This document shows positions 1 to 12,320 of a stretch of 64,000 nucleotides of DNA, in pieces (position 1 is the first letter of the stretch; each line of letters opens with the position of its first letter). Position numbers and translations under genes: made by a program. The notes beneath the pieces are model-generated. The model was not told the origin of the DNA, searched no databases, and was given only the letters and a program-made list of their open reading frames with translations. The stretch is from Camelus dromedarius (taxonomy: Eukaryota): NCBI RefSeq assembly GCF_036321535.1, contig NC_087436.1, forward strand, positions 85,128,001-85,192,000, in the 5' to 3' direction.

Positions 1-230
1 TAACATCCATCTGATTTCTTTCTGAGCAGTTTGTTAGATTTCTTTAGAAAAAAGTTTCGCAATTTTAGGCCTAGGGGTGACACTGGGCCTTGTTTAGCCA
101 GGGGAGGGGTGCAGAGAAAAGAGACAGATAAAGCTTTTTTTATAGGTTGCTTGTTTTCAGCCTGCTTACCTGCTAACACTGAGCCTAGAGTCTCAGCATG
201 ATTGACTTAGAGCTCCACTCTAGTCCCTTT

Positions 231-340
231 TTCAAATTTTTTACTTACTTTTATTTTTTTAAATGGAGATACTGGGGATTGAACCCAGGACCTCATGCAT
301 GCTAGGCATGCATTCTACCACTGAGCTATACCCTCCCCCA
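231..340 (-). mobile_element. tRNA-derived SINE (camelid Vic-1-like), short form
   Basis: Pol III A/B-box head (tagctcagtggtag / gggttcaatcc on the minus strand), A-rich tail, 14-bp TSD actctagtcccttt at 217-230 and 341-354. Confidence 0.9.
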
Positions 341-2579
341 ACTCTAGTCCCTTTATGTGTGTATTTTGAGCTATGCTTTCCTTATTTCTGTGTAACCTGT
401 TAACACACTTGGATCTGCTTTCTGTTCTCCAGAAATCTACTGTGTCATTTCATCTCTTTGTAATTTTCTTCTGCATTCTTTTCATTGTTTCATAGATTTC
501 ACTTTTTCTACATTTGTGCTCTCTTATCAGTAGGCTTTCCAAAGGCAAAAGAGGCAAAACAAAATGTTTGTCATCATCATCTCTTTCACTCTTCAGGTTT
601 TCTTTTGGAAAAAAAAAATAGAAAAAGAAAGAAAAGGATGAAAGAAATTGTCACTTCACCCCTAAATACTTATATATGTTTCTTTAAAAAGTAAGGATAT
701 TTTCTCACATAAACTCAGTATCATTACCACATCTAACTATAAATTAATGGTAATTTATTAATGTCATATAATGCTTAGTCCATATTCAGAATTTTTCAAT
801 TGTTTCAAAAATGCCATTTGTTATTGGTTTGTTTGAATCAGGATTCAAATGAGGTATTAACAATTGGTTGTTAGGTTTTTTTTTTTTTGGAAGGAGAGTG
901 ACATGAGTTTATAGATCACCTTTGATTGAAAATATTTGAGCAAACTATGTGTTACACAGTTCTCCAGTTTCTTGAGAGTGCAAAATCTTCCTCAAATAAC
1001 ACATGCTTTTGTTTTAATGGAATATTTTAAACATACACAGTGGTATACAGTGTAGAATAATGAACTCCCATCAACCCATCACCCACCTTTAATAACTATT
1101 AATTCAGGATCTGTCTTGCTTCATCTATATCCTTACCCATCTACTCTCTCCTAATACTATTTGAATCATATTTCACATATCATTCATTTGTAAATATTTT
1201 AAAGTATATTTCTTAAACTAAAGACTCTGAATCTTTTAAAATTTTAGGACAGTTGACAAGGCCTTACAACCTTTTCCCTTTTTTTCATCTGTGTTGAAGA
1301 AACTAGGTCAGTTGTCTTTTGTAGAATGGTTCACATTCTGGATTTATCAGATTGCTTCTTCCTGATGTCATTTTACTAAAGCCTTTCCTGTATTAGTATA
1401 ACCTGAAAGTTTGGTCTAAAGCAGTGTTACTCAACCTTTATTTTTTTCCACTGTTGTTCACTTGAAGACATTTTTTTCTTTATTGTCTGCCCCCCAAGAC
1501 CGAAGAATAGATAAAGCATTGTGCTTTGGAGGGCAAGAAACCATTTTAATTTACTTATTTAAGATTTTTTCACCATTTGGGTGTGACATTGCTGCTGTTA
1601 AGAATATATGATACAAAGGTTTGATATATTCCAGTTTGACTCTTTCTTAAACAAGAACATTTTATAAGTAGTACTACATACTGCATATTTCATTACATCA
1701 AGAGGTGCAGAGTATCTGTCTCATTTTTGGAGATGCTAAGATCAGTTGCACTCAGTTGGTGACAACATGATCCGTTTGTGCAATTCATTGACTTTTTCTC
1801 CTAATGGTTTTAAAGTCCAGTGATGATTGTTGCCTACCTAATTATGTCATTGCTTTTGTTCTTATTAGCTAAAATACTTTGAAGGACTAGCGCCCACTGA
1901 TTAGGTCACTTTAGTTACTTTGAAATATAGTTTAACAGGACAGGTAAGAAAAATGCTTTATTAGTTACCTTTTACTTACCAATTTTTGATTAATCCTTAG
2001 TATACATCAATATCCATTGGATTTAATTCTAACTTTCTGATTTTTTTTTAAACATTTCTATTTGTAAGGACTAGTATTTTGTGATTAGTTACTATGGAGG
2101 TTTTCCAAAGAACAAAGGCAAAATTTACTTTAAAAATTAAATAAAACTCCCTTGCATCAATTGTATTCACTTACCTTTAAATATTGTGCTAGTTCATCAT
2201 CTTAAGATTTATTTCATCATGATTCATTATTTCTATCTTTCCTAGAAAGATAACATGAAAATAGAAGAATAATGGTGTCATGTGGAGGAGTGATAGAATA
2301 TGGGAAAAAATTAGCACTATTGCATCTTTTTTTCAGTTTTTTAATTTTTTTTGTATTGCCCAAGTTACTGCATTATTTTTCAAGAAGTTATAAAAGAAGA
2401 TTGGAGACATTATTTTTGTGGGCTGCTTTTAGTTTTCATTGAACACAGTTGCGGATTCAGAAACTTTCATTTCTTCCCATAATGGGAAAGAAGAAAAATG
2501 ACAGTGGAAGATGTTTCACATCTTTCTGACAAATCAGCAGATGAATGCAGAGAGGTTAGCAGCACTCCAGGCTCTAGAC

Positions 2580-2680
2580 CAGCATTATCCAATAGAAATA
2601 CAATGTGAAAGACAAATGTAAGCCACATACATAATTTACAACTTACCTTAAAAAGAGTAAGCAAAGAAAATAGTGTCATT
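2580..2680. mobile_element. MER33/MER3-like hAT fragment
   Basis: cagcattatccaatagaaatacaatg...agccacata resembles the recalled terminus. Confidence 0.5.
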
Positions 2681-4530
2681 GAGGGAAAAAGAAATATTTG
2701 GAATTCCTTTTAGGAATTAACACTCTGTGGGACAAACTTTGATGGATCTCTTCTGTCTCTTTTTTTGGCCCCAGTTAGATAAATTCTCTCTCTTCCTATT
2801 CTCCCCTGCATTCACCCCGAATTGGCCATGTTTCTCGTGGCTCTGTATAGCATGGTAACATACTACCTTGCCTTTGCTTTGTCTCCTTATATGCCTTTCT
2901 TTCCTTTTACTTCTTCACATCAGGGTATTGAACCCTCCCTTTCCAAAGAGTCAGTTTGTTCCTTTGCCCAGGCTCTTTTTGAGATGAAATAATGGCTTCC
3001 AAATTTCCTTGACCGCAACCTATAGTGAGAACTATAATTTATGTTATGACCCAGTACACACATACACACACATTAACACATACCTAATAAAACAGTTTCA
3101 GGAAATACCCTTACCATTATTAGATATCCTGTACTTTGACTTTTTTTTTCCTATCCTGTTTCATTTAAAAAATGCTGGTTATAATCTTCTGTTTTGCTGG
3201 ACCAAAGCATAAGAACATTTGTAATTTTGTAAGGTATTGATGTATTGTTCTTCATAAGTTGGTACCAATATTTACTCCCAACAGCAATATGTGAGAGTAA
3301 TGTCAAAGTTGATATTATAAGTGCTTTGCAAATTCTACCCCTAGAGTATGTGACTCATCCGTGTCCTCAGACTTGTTCAACATCCATCCTGCCTGGGGAT
3401 AGAGTAGCCTTAATTCAACTCCTTTTTCAGTAATAGTTGGAGATGGAGAAAGAAGCCTGTGGACTAGTTGAACATTTTTTAAGGATTCTGTCCTGTTTTA
3501 TTTATAGTGTTTTGATTGTATCTCTTTGAATAGCTTTTCTGTAGTTGTTCTAGGTTTTATATTATGTGTACGTAACTTACTATAGTCTACTGGTTAAGTT
3601 CCTTAACTACCACCCCCAAACCTCCTTTTCTAATTTAATTGCCTTTTATATTTTCTTTACATATCTTGATAACCATATCACACAGTGTTAGAATTTTTGC
3701 TTAAATCATCAAAAATAATATAGAAGACTTAGAGAAGGGAAAGTCTGTTGTGTTTACCCATACTCTTTTTACTCTTTCCATTTTTTCCCTCCTGATTTTC
3801 CAATGTTCCTTTTTTTATAACTTCCTTTAGGTTTGAAGAAATTCCTAAAGTCATTCTTTTTTTTTAAGGCAGGTCTACTGATGGCAGGTTCTCTTAGTTT
3901 TCCTTCATCCATGGACATTTTAATTTCCCTCTCTTTCCTAAACGATATTTTGTCTGGATATAGGATTCTTGGTTGGCAGTTCTTTTCTTTCAGTAGTTGA
4001 AAAATGCTTCTGGACATCAAAAATATGAATATAAATTGAAACTCAAAATGTTTATTAACTGTGTCTGTGATGGTCTAAGTGTTAAAGAAAAGAAGTTTCA
4101 TCACCATGAATGAATTTTAAATATATTAGAATTGAATGAGACTGGTTTCAGTGGAAATTAATGGTGAAGAGAAAAGATACTGGGTAATAAATAAATATGA
4201 GATTTACAAGACACTTATTTATAATTTTGTTAGGTATATAATTTATAGTAGAATTTATAGCATATTCCTGCTAAATTAGTCCCAGATCTTGAGTTGTAAA
4301 TATTTCTAGATAAATTAGATAAGGAGTCTGGCCATAAGCTTTTTACCTGAATGAACTAACTGACAGCTTTCTTCAATATTTATCATCACCATTTTCATTG
4401 GATTCTCTCTCAGATGGGCTTCTTAGTGAAAAATTTTTGTTATTCTCTGTTCTTGAGGATTTAATAGTGCACTAGGGCCAAAATATCTCCTTTTTAATGT
4501 CACGTGTTTTTCTTAATAAAAGTGTGTGGC

Positions 4531-4694
4531 GGGGGAGGGTATCGCTCAAATGGTAGAGTGCATTCTCAGCATTTATGAGGTCCTGGGTTCAATCCTCAGT
4601 ATCTCCTCTAAAAATAAACTAACCTAATTACCCCCTTCCCCCAAATAAAATAATTTAAACAATATAATAATAAATAAATAAAATAATTTTTTAA
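4531..4694 (+). mobile_element. tRNA-derived SINE (Vic-1-like), long form
   Basis: ggggagggtatcgctcaaatggtagag...gggttcaatcc head, A-rich tail, TSD aaaagtgt(g/t)tgg at 4518-4529 and 4695-4706. Confidence 0.88.
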
Positions 4695-5223
4695 AAAAGT
4701 GTTTGGGATAGGGAAAGACAGGACCACCTTAAGTATGTGATATCTCCATTAAAGGATACTCCCCTGATATCAGTATTTCAGGTTATTCCTTTGGTGTTCT
4801 GGATATTTCTTCAGGGAAATGCATTGTAGTGAGATTTTGGATATGTGAGAGATGTCTTCCTCTTGTGAACTGAAAGAAGGTGAATATAAAATAGAGTATA
4901 GTAAAGGAGAAACTAGCATGATGCTCTGACTTATTCCAGTAACTGGTTGGTAATTATAGACATTGAGAATCTGGAAACTGATACCTTTAAAAACTATCTG
5001 GTACCCCGCATGAAGACTGCTGGATTAAGGTATAATCTTTCATCACTAGATTATAATCTTGAATCCTCTGCTGTGTAATATGTATTTACTTTTTATTTTC
5101 ACAACTGTTTTGAGTCTCTTAAGGACCTTCATCATTATGGGTGATTACTACTACTTCTCTGTGCTCTTTTTGAGTTAGGGTTCTTTTTCATTCTTCCTGA
5201 GTATGTTCCTCAGTGGAATAGTT

Positions 5224-5966
5224 TTTTTAATTAAGTTATACTTGACATACAATATTATATTAATTTCTGTATACAGCATAGTGATTCAATACTTTTATAC
5301 ATTATGAAATAATCATAATATGTCCAGTTACCTTTTGTCACTAATCAGAGTTGTTACAGTATTATTGACTGTATTTCTGTTATATCTCCTTGACTTTATT
5401 TTGTAGCTGAAAGTTTTATACAACTCTTAATCATCTTCACCTATTTCATCCATTCCCCCTACCCTGTTACCTCCTGACAGTCACCAGTTCTTTGTTTCTC
5501 AGTCTGTTTCTGTTTTGTTTTGTTTGTTTATTTATCTTGTTTTTTTTGATTCTACGTAAGAGTGAAATCATTCAGCATTTGTCTTTCTCTTTCTGACTTA
5601 TTTCATTTAGCTTGATACCCATGTTGTCCACCCACGTTGTCACAAATGTCAAGATTTCATTCTTTTTATGGCTGAGTAGTATTCCAGTGTGTGTGCGTGT
5701 GTGTGCGCGCACGTGCGTGCGTGATCTTTATCTAGTCATCTATTGATGGACCCTTAGGTTACTTCCATATCTTGACTATTGAAAATAGTGCTTCAGTGAA
5801 CATAGGCATACACATGTCTTTTCAAATTAGTGTTTTTGTTTTCTTTGAGTAAAGCCAGGAGTGGAATTGCTGGATCTTGTGGTAGTTTGAGGAACCTCCA
5901 TACTGTTTTCCATAGTGGCTGCACCAGTGTACATTCCCACCAACAGTGTACGAGGGTTCCCTTTTC
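5224..5966 (-). mobile_element. 5'-truncated L1 (3' UTR plus ORF2 end)
   Basis: Typical antisense L1 motifs (tctgacttatttca, tttttatggctgagtagtattcc, ctgttttccatagtggctgcacc); degenerate TSD agtgga..agtt on both sides. Confidence 0.85.
5687..5722. repeat. Alternating purine-pyrimidine (TG/CG) microsatellite inside an L1
   Basis: gtgtgtgtgcgtgtgtgtgcgcgcacgtgcgtgcgt. Confidence 0.85.
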
Positions 5967-7332
5967 TAGTGGAGCAGTTATTGTTCTTCTTCCTCCTCCT
6001 TTAACATGTGTTTAATTTTTATTCACAATCCACTTCCCTCAGATTTTGATTTTCCTCTGTTGCATCAGATTTTTGTCTGGTTGGTTGTTGGTTCTTCATT
6101 CATTCAAAAAACTTAGGATATGTTGCAAAAAGAAAATTTATTAATACCCAGGGGATATTGATCCTTATTGTATTTCAGTGACTAAAGCTCCACGAGGGCA
6201 GAAATTTAGTGTTTTTTCCCTGATCATTGGATATGTAGAACTTATCATAATAAGTGAATGAATGAGCAAGGAACAGAATTTCCCCAACAGAACTGCTAGT
6301 TAATCAGGAAATTACCAAATTAAAGTTGGAAAGTCTTTCGTTTTTGTTAATTGATCTTTAAAATAGTATTTTTTTGTTTGAAAAGTAATTAAAATGCTTC
6401 TGATATTGTGGTAAGAAGTGTTGTTAACATTGCCAATAATTTTTATTTTAATCATTAATAAAAATTAATGACCATGATTGGGCCGTTTCATAAAACCATA
6501 CTGGAAATAAAGGGTAATAAAAATAGCTACCTCATAGGAATGTTGTGAGGATTTAATTAATTAACACGATGTTGAGCACTTAAAACTGGGTTTCATACAT
6601 AGTGGAATGCATGCCAACTGTTAATTAGTAATTGAGAATGGTGCTGAGACTGACTTCTTCCCTGTCATTTTGCCAGAGGGTCAGTTGATCAGATCATCCA
6701 TCCTAGGCTGGCTATTGGCCTAGGGCAGTTTTCCCTCAGACCCTCACAAAAGCCCCCTGAAATGATCGACTTCTTCCTTCTCAAGTAGAGTGTGTGACTT
6801 GGGGCAAATTGCTTCACCTTTTTCTTTCCTCCCTTGCCCATCTTAGAGAATGACCTTCTCATCCCTTTTCTTACTCTGAGCAGCCACACTGGACTTGTTT
6901 CACTTCCACATGAATGCCATATTCTCTCCGAAATCTGACCTTTTGAACAGGCTGTTCCCTTCCAATGAAACACGTTCTTTCTCTCCCCTCTCTGCTTACT
7001 TTATTTGGTCAGATCCTACTTATTATGCATTAAATGCCCCTCCTTTAGGAGACCTTTCTTAACCAGTTCCCACCAGACTGGTTTGTATCTCTGCCATGCT
7101 TTCCCTTCACACCATCATAATTCTTAAAGCCTTCTATCCCATTTGGAGTTGCTCTATAGACTGAGGTCCCAGAGGGGTTGATGGGATCTGACATGTTCAT
7201 TGCTACATCCCCAATTCCTGGCATATAGGATGCCCCAATTAATGCTGTATACGTGGATGGGAAAAAAATACTGGAAGTATTGTTATTTAGAATTTGGTTA
7301 ACATTATTTCCACAGCTGCACTTGTTTTACAG

Positions 7333-7486
7333 AATTTTTTTTTTTTCCTGTAAAGCTGCTGAAACTTAGAAGCTGATTTTGTCACAGTGTAAGATGCCTT
7401 TGGAAAATTCTGCATTCCTCTTAGATGAATCTTTACAACTTGGTGAGTTTCACTAGATACCTTCAATCTTCATTTTGAGCTCAGAG
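7333..7486 (+). other. CLOCK: CLOCK non-coding 5'-UTR exon (154 nt)
   Basis: Acceptor ttttacag|AATT and donor CAGAG|gtatgc. The 3' end (cactagataccttcaatc..cattttgagctc) and the 154-nt length agree with my recollection of the human CLOCK UTR exon. Confidence 0.75.
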
Positions 7487-7922
7487 GTATGCCATCTTTT
7501 TTTTCTTTTCTTTCTTTCTTTTTTTTGGCATAATTATTGGTTGCAGTGAGGTTTGCAATCTTCTGGCAAGGAGCAAAGGACAGAGTATTATAAAAATATA
7601 TGATCTACTACTTCCCTTGATTTATCTTTAGAATTTTTATTCTTATGAGGAGTGAAGTTATTTGTTGGTATAATTGATATCCAGATGGTAAAGTTTTTTT
7701 TTTTTCCAGCAATTCTTGAAATTTTTCCGTTACTACCCCTAAGTAAGAATTATAATTTGTCCTTTTCTGAGATAAAGATAATTTGCAAAATGACTGAAAA
7801 GTAGAATAAGAACTATTTCCTGTCAGATTTTAGGTTTAGATAAAGGTAGAGATAATCAGTTGACTGAGGTAGAGAAGGGCCAGTCACCTACTGCAGCTCC
7901 AGGTTGCAAGCAAGTCTTTCCA

Positions 7923-8244
7923 TCAGGGTCTGCAAACCACCAGATCCAGCCTGCTGCCTGTTTTTGTGTGACCCAAGAACTAAGAGTGGTGTTTTCAGTT
8001 TTAAATGGTTAGGGGGAAAATGCCAAAAGAAGACTATTTTTGACATGTGAAAATTATGTGAAATTCAGATTTTAGGGTGTATGAATAAAGCTTTATTGGA
8101 ATACAGCCACTCTTTTTACATATTGTGTATGGCTATTTTCAAGCTGTAGTGGCAGAGTTAGGTAGTTGCATCAGAGACGTTAGGACCCAGAAAGCCAAAA
8201 CTATTGACTGTGTGACCCTTTACAGAATAAATTAGCTGACCTCT
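7923..8244. mobile_element. hAT-Charlie non-autonomous element (MER58-like)
   Basis: Termini cagggtctgcaaac ... tagctgacctct; internal ttttattggaatacagccac and cctttacagaa motifs. Confidence 0.75.
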
Positions 8245-10699
8245 ACATAGTTGGAGAAGTATTTGTAGATTGAGTGCTAGGGTAAGAGATAAATTGGGGG
8301 AAATTAGAGGGAGGTGAAAGTTGATAGCAACTCTCAGTGACTTATCCTTTTTTTCTGTCCTGAAAAGTGTAATCCGTATTCTTAGTAGATTGACCTATGT
8401 TTCTGTTTAAAACCGAAAATAAATCAAGAGAAATTGATTCTTCTAACCTTTCTTCTAAAATAAATGTATGTGGGCATATGCAGAAAGAAATTAGTATATA
8501 CTCTCAGTTTTTTTTTTTGTTTTTTTTTTTTTACCAGGTTTTAGTATTATGGTAATATAGTAAGCACTTAAAAATGTATATCCCTTTTGTGTAGTTTCTG
8601 TTTTTCTCTGTGTTTGGAGATAACCTGTTACTTTTAAAGTGAAAATGCTAATACATTTTTTGGAAACTAGTTGGTGACTGACTCAATGGAACAAAGCTAG
8701 AACATATGTTGGGGATGAAGGGGATGTGGTCCCTTTTGGAGTCTGTGGATAGGTTGGAGGATATTCTTAAGCAGCTCTTCTGCAGTCTGATAGAGGTAGG
8801 TTAAGTTTTGTATTAGGAGATAAAAGACCAGGATTTTAGGATCTACCTTTCTTGTCCCTCTAGAACACTTAATAGTTTTGTGGCTTTGGACATATTTATC
8901 ACTCTGCATCATAGGTGCTTCATTTTCAAAATAGGGGAAAGTAATACCTGTCCTGTCTGAAAACAGGAGTCTTTAGGTTTACTAAATTGTAAGCTTTTTA
9001 AGGGTAGGTACCATGCCTGTTTCTTAGCTGTTGGATCCACATGCAGCTACCATAGATCTGACACATAGTTGGCATACGGTCACTATTTGTTGAGTGAAGG
9101 AATAAATCCTGTTGTGGCTAATAGCTGTTACATCTATGCAGAATCATAATAATGCCAGTACCTTTAAAGATTTGCTTACTAGAATTGGGTGTTTTTTGTT
9201 AACTGTAGGAGGGAATTTTGATGAAAGCAATAGTTTTCTCTGGATCCATTCCTTACAGATAGCTGTCAAATCATTGGCCAGATTTATTTTGTCTCAGTTG
9301 ATTATATATTATAATTTTTTGAAATCTTGAGGGACAAGATAAACCACCAATCCGAGAATCAGCAGTCTCAAAGAAATCTAGAAGCCCCCTCATTAAAAAA
9401 TTTTAAAATGTATATATACTAAAGCCACTCTTGGATAGGAAGATTTATATATTCTCATTTAAGTTGTCTGAAACTTTTCCCAACTTTTCCATTGAGCCTC
9501 TATTTTTAATGAAACTTCCCTATATAGTCTGCTCAAGAACCCAACTTTTAAAATATTACCTTGGAGAATATCTTGTAAAGATGAGATAGTTTAAAAGTTA
9601 TTTGGTTGAGGAAAACATTTACAGATTAAAGGAGTCTAGGGAGATATGATAACTGAATCTAATACATGACTTTAAACTGTATCCTGTACTGGAGGAAGAA
9701 GACACTCCTACAGGACTTTATTTGCTCAGTTAAAAAATTGGAAAATAGACATTAAAATACTTTATACTTGTTAAATTTCCTGAGGTTAATAACTATATTA
9801 TTATTGATGAAAATGTCTTTGTTCTTAGGAAGTACACACTGAAGTATTTTGGGTTAAAAGGACATGATATATGCAACTTACTGTCAAATGTTTCAGGAAA
9901 TATGTTTATCTTATATAAAGAAAATGATGCAAATGTTAACAATTAGTGAGCTGGATAAATATATATAGGAGTTCTAATCATAATATCATTAAATATCTAT
10001 TAGTATAATTTAGAACTTTAAAAAATCTTAGATACAGTCTATTTAATTCTCATCTGTCCTGTAGTTTCTTTAATGTTCACTTCAGCTTGCTTCATTAAAA
10101 GTCTGTTAAGTCCCTTGGCTCCATAAATATGCTTTGTTTTTAAAAGTAGATCTTTTTTTTTTTTATCTTAAGTATTTTGAAGGAAATTCAAGAATAAGAA
10201 TCTATTATAGTGTTTTTCAAACTGGTATAAATAATTGCAGATATTTTTTGAGTATTTAGTTTGTGCTTGTCATATTCTAAATATTTTACATTTAATAATA
10301 TATTTTATTTCACAACAACCTTATGCTGACACCTTGCCTTGATTTGTTTTTTCAATTCTAGCTAAAACAGAGCTTAGATAGTAAGCCTCAGAAGCTTTGT
10401 GTTTTCTTATCTCTTTTTTCCAAATAGAAGCTGTGGAAACTGGTAATCAGGAACTTAATGTAGAAAAATTGATTGTATTTATATTAAGAAAAATTCCATA
10501 TTTAGATCTAACTTCAAGCTAGGCTTTTGCCTTTATAATGTGGGAAGGAGCCACATATCAAGACTATTCTTTGGTAATTACTCAGAAAAAGGAAGTAAAT
10601 AGGACTTTTTAGTACCCAAGTAAGAGGCAGACTGATGGGGAAACCCCTAAAAATTAAAAAATCAAGGGGCCCACATAGTATTGCTAACTTTAAAAAATA

Positions 10700-12320
10700 T
10701 TTTATATTGAGTTAAAACATCATATTATACAGTGCATAAATACTGAGTGTCATTTTGATGAAATTTTATGAAGTCAACACTCATTTAACCAATACCAAGA
10801 TCAAGATATAGAATATTTTCATCAATCCAGGAGCCTCCTTCATGCCCCCTGACAGTCATCACGCACTCCCAAAGGTAACTATTATTCTGACTTCATTCAA
10901 TATTCATTAGTATTGTCTATTTTTGAACTTCTTGTGTCTTTTTTTGATCAACATGTTATTATGTGAGTTGTTCATGTTGATTCATATAGCAATAATAGGT
11001 CATCCTTTTTCACTGCTTTGTAATACTCCATTATATGTATATACCATAATTTATTTATCCATTGTACTTTCCACTAGCATTTGGATCATAATCAGTTTTT
11101 GGCTGTTATGATGAATTTTGCTGTGAACATTTTCAAGTATGTCTTTGTTACGTATGTATGCATTTCTGTTGGATAAATATCCAGGAGTGAAATTGCTGGG
11201 ACAGGGTATTTGGCTGTTTAGCTTTAGTAGATACTCCTAGTTTTCAAAAGTGGTTGAAACAATTTACACTTCTCCAACAGTGTATAAGAGTTCTTGTTGC
11301 TCTCCATCCTCATCAGCACTTTCAGTTATTAGTATTTCAAATGAATAGCTCTTCTGCAGTATATGTTGTGAAATTTTATTTGTACTTTTAATTTATGACT
11401 CCCTGATAACTTTAAAAATTAGCAGATGTTTGTATGCCTGTTGATCCTTTGGGCATCCTCTTAAGAAATGGCTGTTTATGTCTTTTGCCCATTTTTGTCT
11501 TGGGTTGTCTATCTTACAGATTTGCAGGAGTTATTTAAATTTTTTGTTGGATTAAGTATTAAAGACATCTCTCTTACTTCTTCACTCTTTTAGTAGTGTG
11601 TCTTAGTTAAGATAATTTCTTAATTTTAATGAAGACCTTTTTATCAAATTATTTGTTTATGATTAGTGCTTTTTGTGTTTTAAGGAGCCTTTTTTTATCT
11701 CAAAGCCAAGAAGATATTCTGCTGTTTTCTTCTATAAGCTTGATTATTTTAACTTTTACATTTAGATTTATTCTTAGGTGGTAGGATTCATGGTTCATTT
11801 TATTTTCCATATGGAAATCCATTTGGCCCAGCATTATTTATTGAAAAGACTGTCCTTTCTTACTGTAATGAAGTAAGTTACCTTTGTTGTAATTCAGGTG
11901 ACTGTGAGTCTATTTTTGGACCCTGTTCTGTTCCATTGGTCTGTTTGTTGTTTTGCCAGTGCTATATTCTTTTAATTATTGTAGTTTTAAATCTTCCAAC
12001 TTTTCTTCTTTAAAATTGCTTTGGTTCTTCTTAGTCCTTATGAATTTAAGTAAAAATTTTACATTCAGCCTGTCAGTTTCTTAAATAAGTAAATAAATAA
12101 ATTCTGTATTTAATATTAAGCAAATTTAATATTATTTCATATTTTTGACTTGTTTAATATTGAATCTGTAGGTCAATTTGGATATGTTGGACATCTTTCA
12201 ATATTGAGACTTTCAATACATTAACCATGGTATATCTCCATATATTTTGGTCTTTAAAATTTATCTCAGAATATTTTGTTGTTTTGTATGTAGAGTTTGT
12301 ATACATCTTTTATTACCTTT
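10700..12320 (-). mobile_element. Old L1 (L1M-type) ORF2 end and 3' UTR
   Basis: Degenerate antisense L1 motifs (ggagtgaaattgctggg, cagcattattta-ttgaaaagac, ctgttctgttccattggtct); ends approximate. Confidence 0.7.

Noticed and set aside
876..1010. Poly-T followed by unrecognised sequence with a minus-strand TATAAA ~20 nt from the tail; possible processed-transcript end
   Set aside because: No target-site duplication found, and it sits among old L1 fragments.
8508..8560. Long T-tract followed by accag|g, a possible extra UTR exon acceptor
   Set aside because: No convincing paired donor or recognisable homology; T-runs ending in AG are common in this intron.
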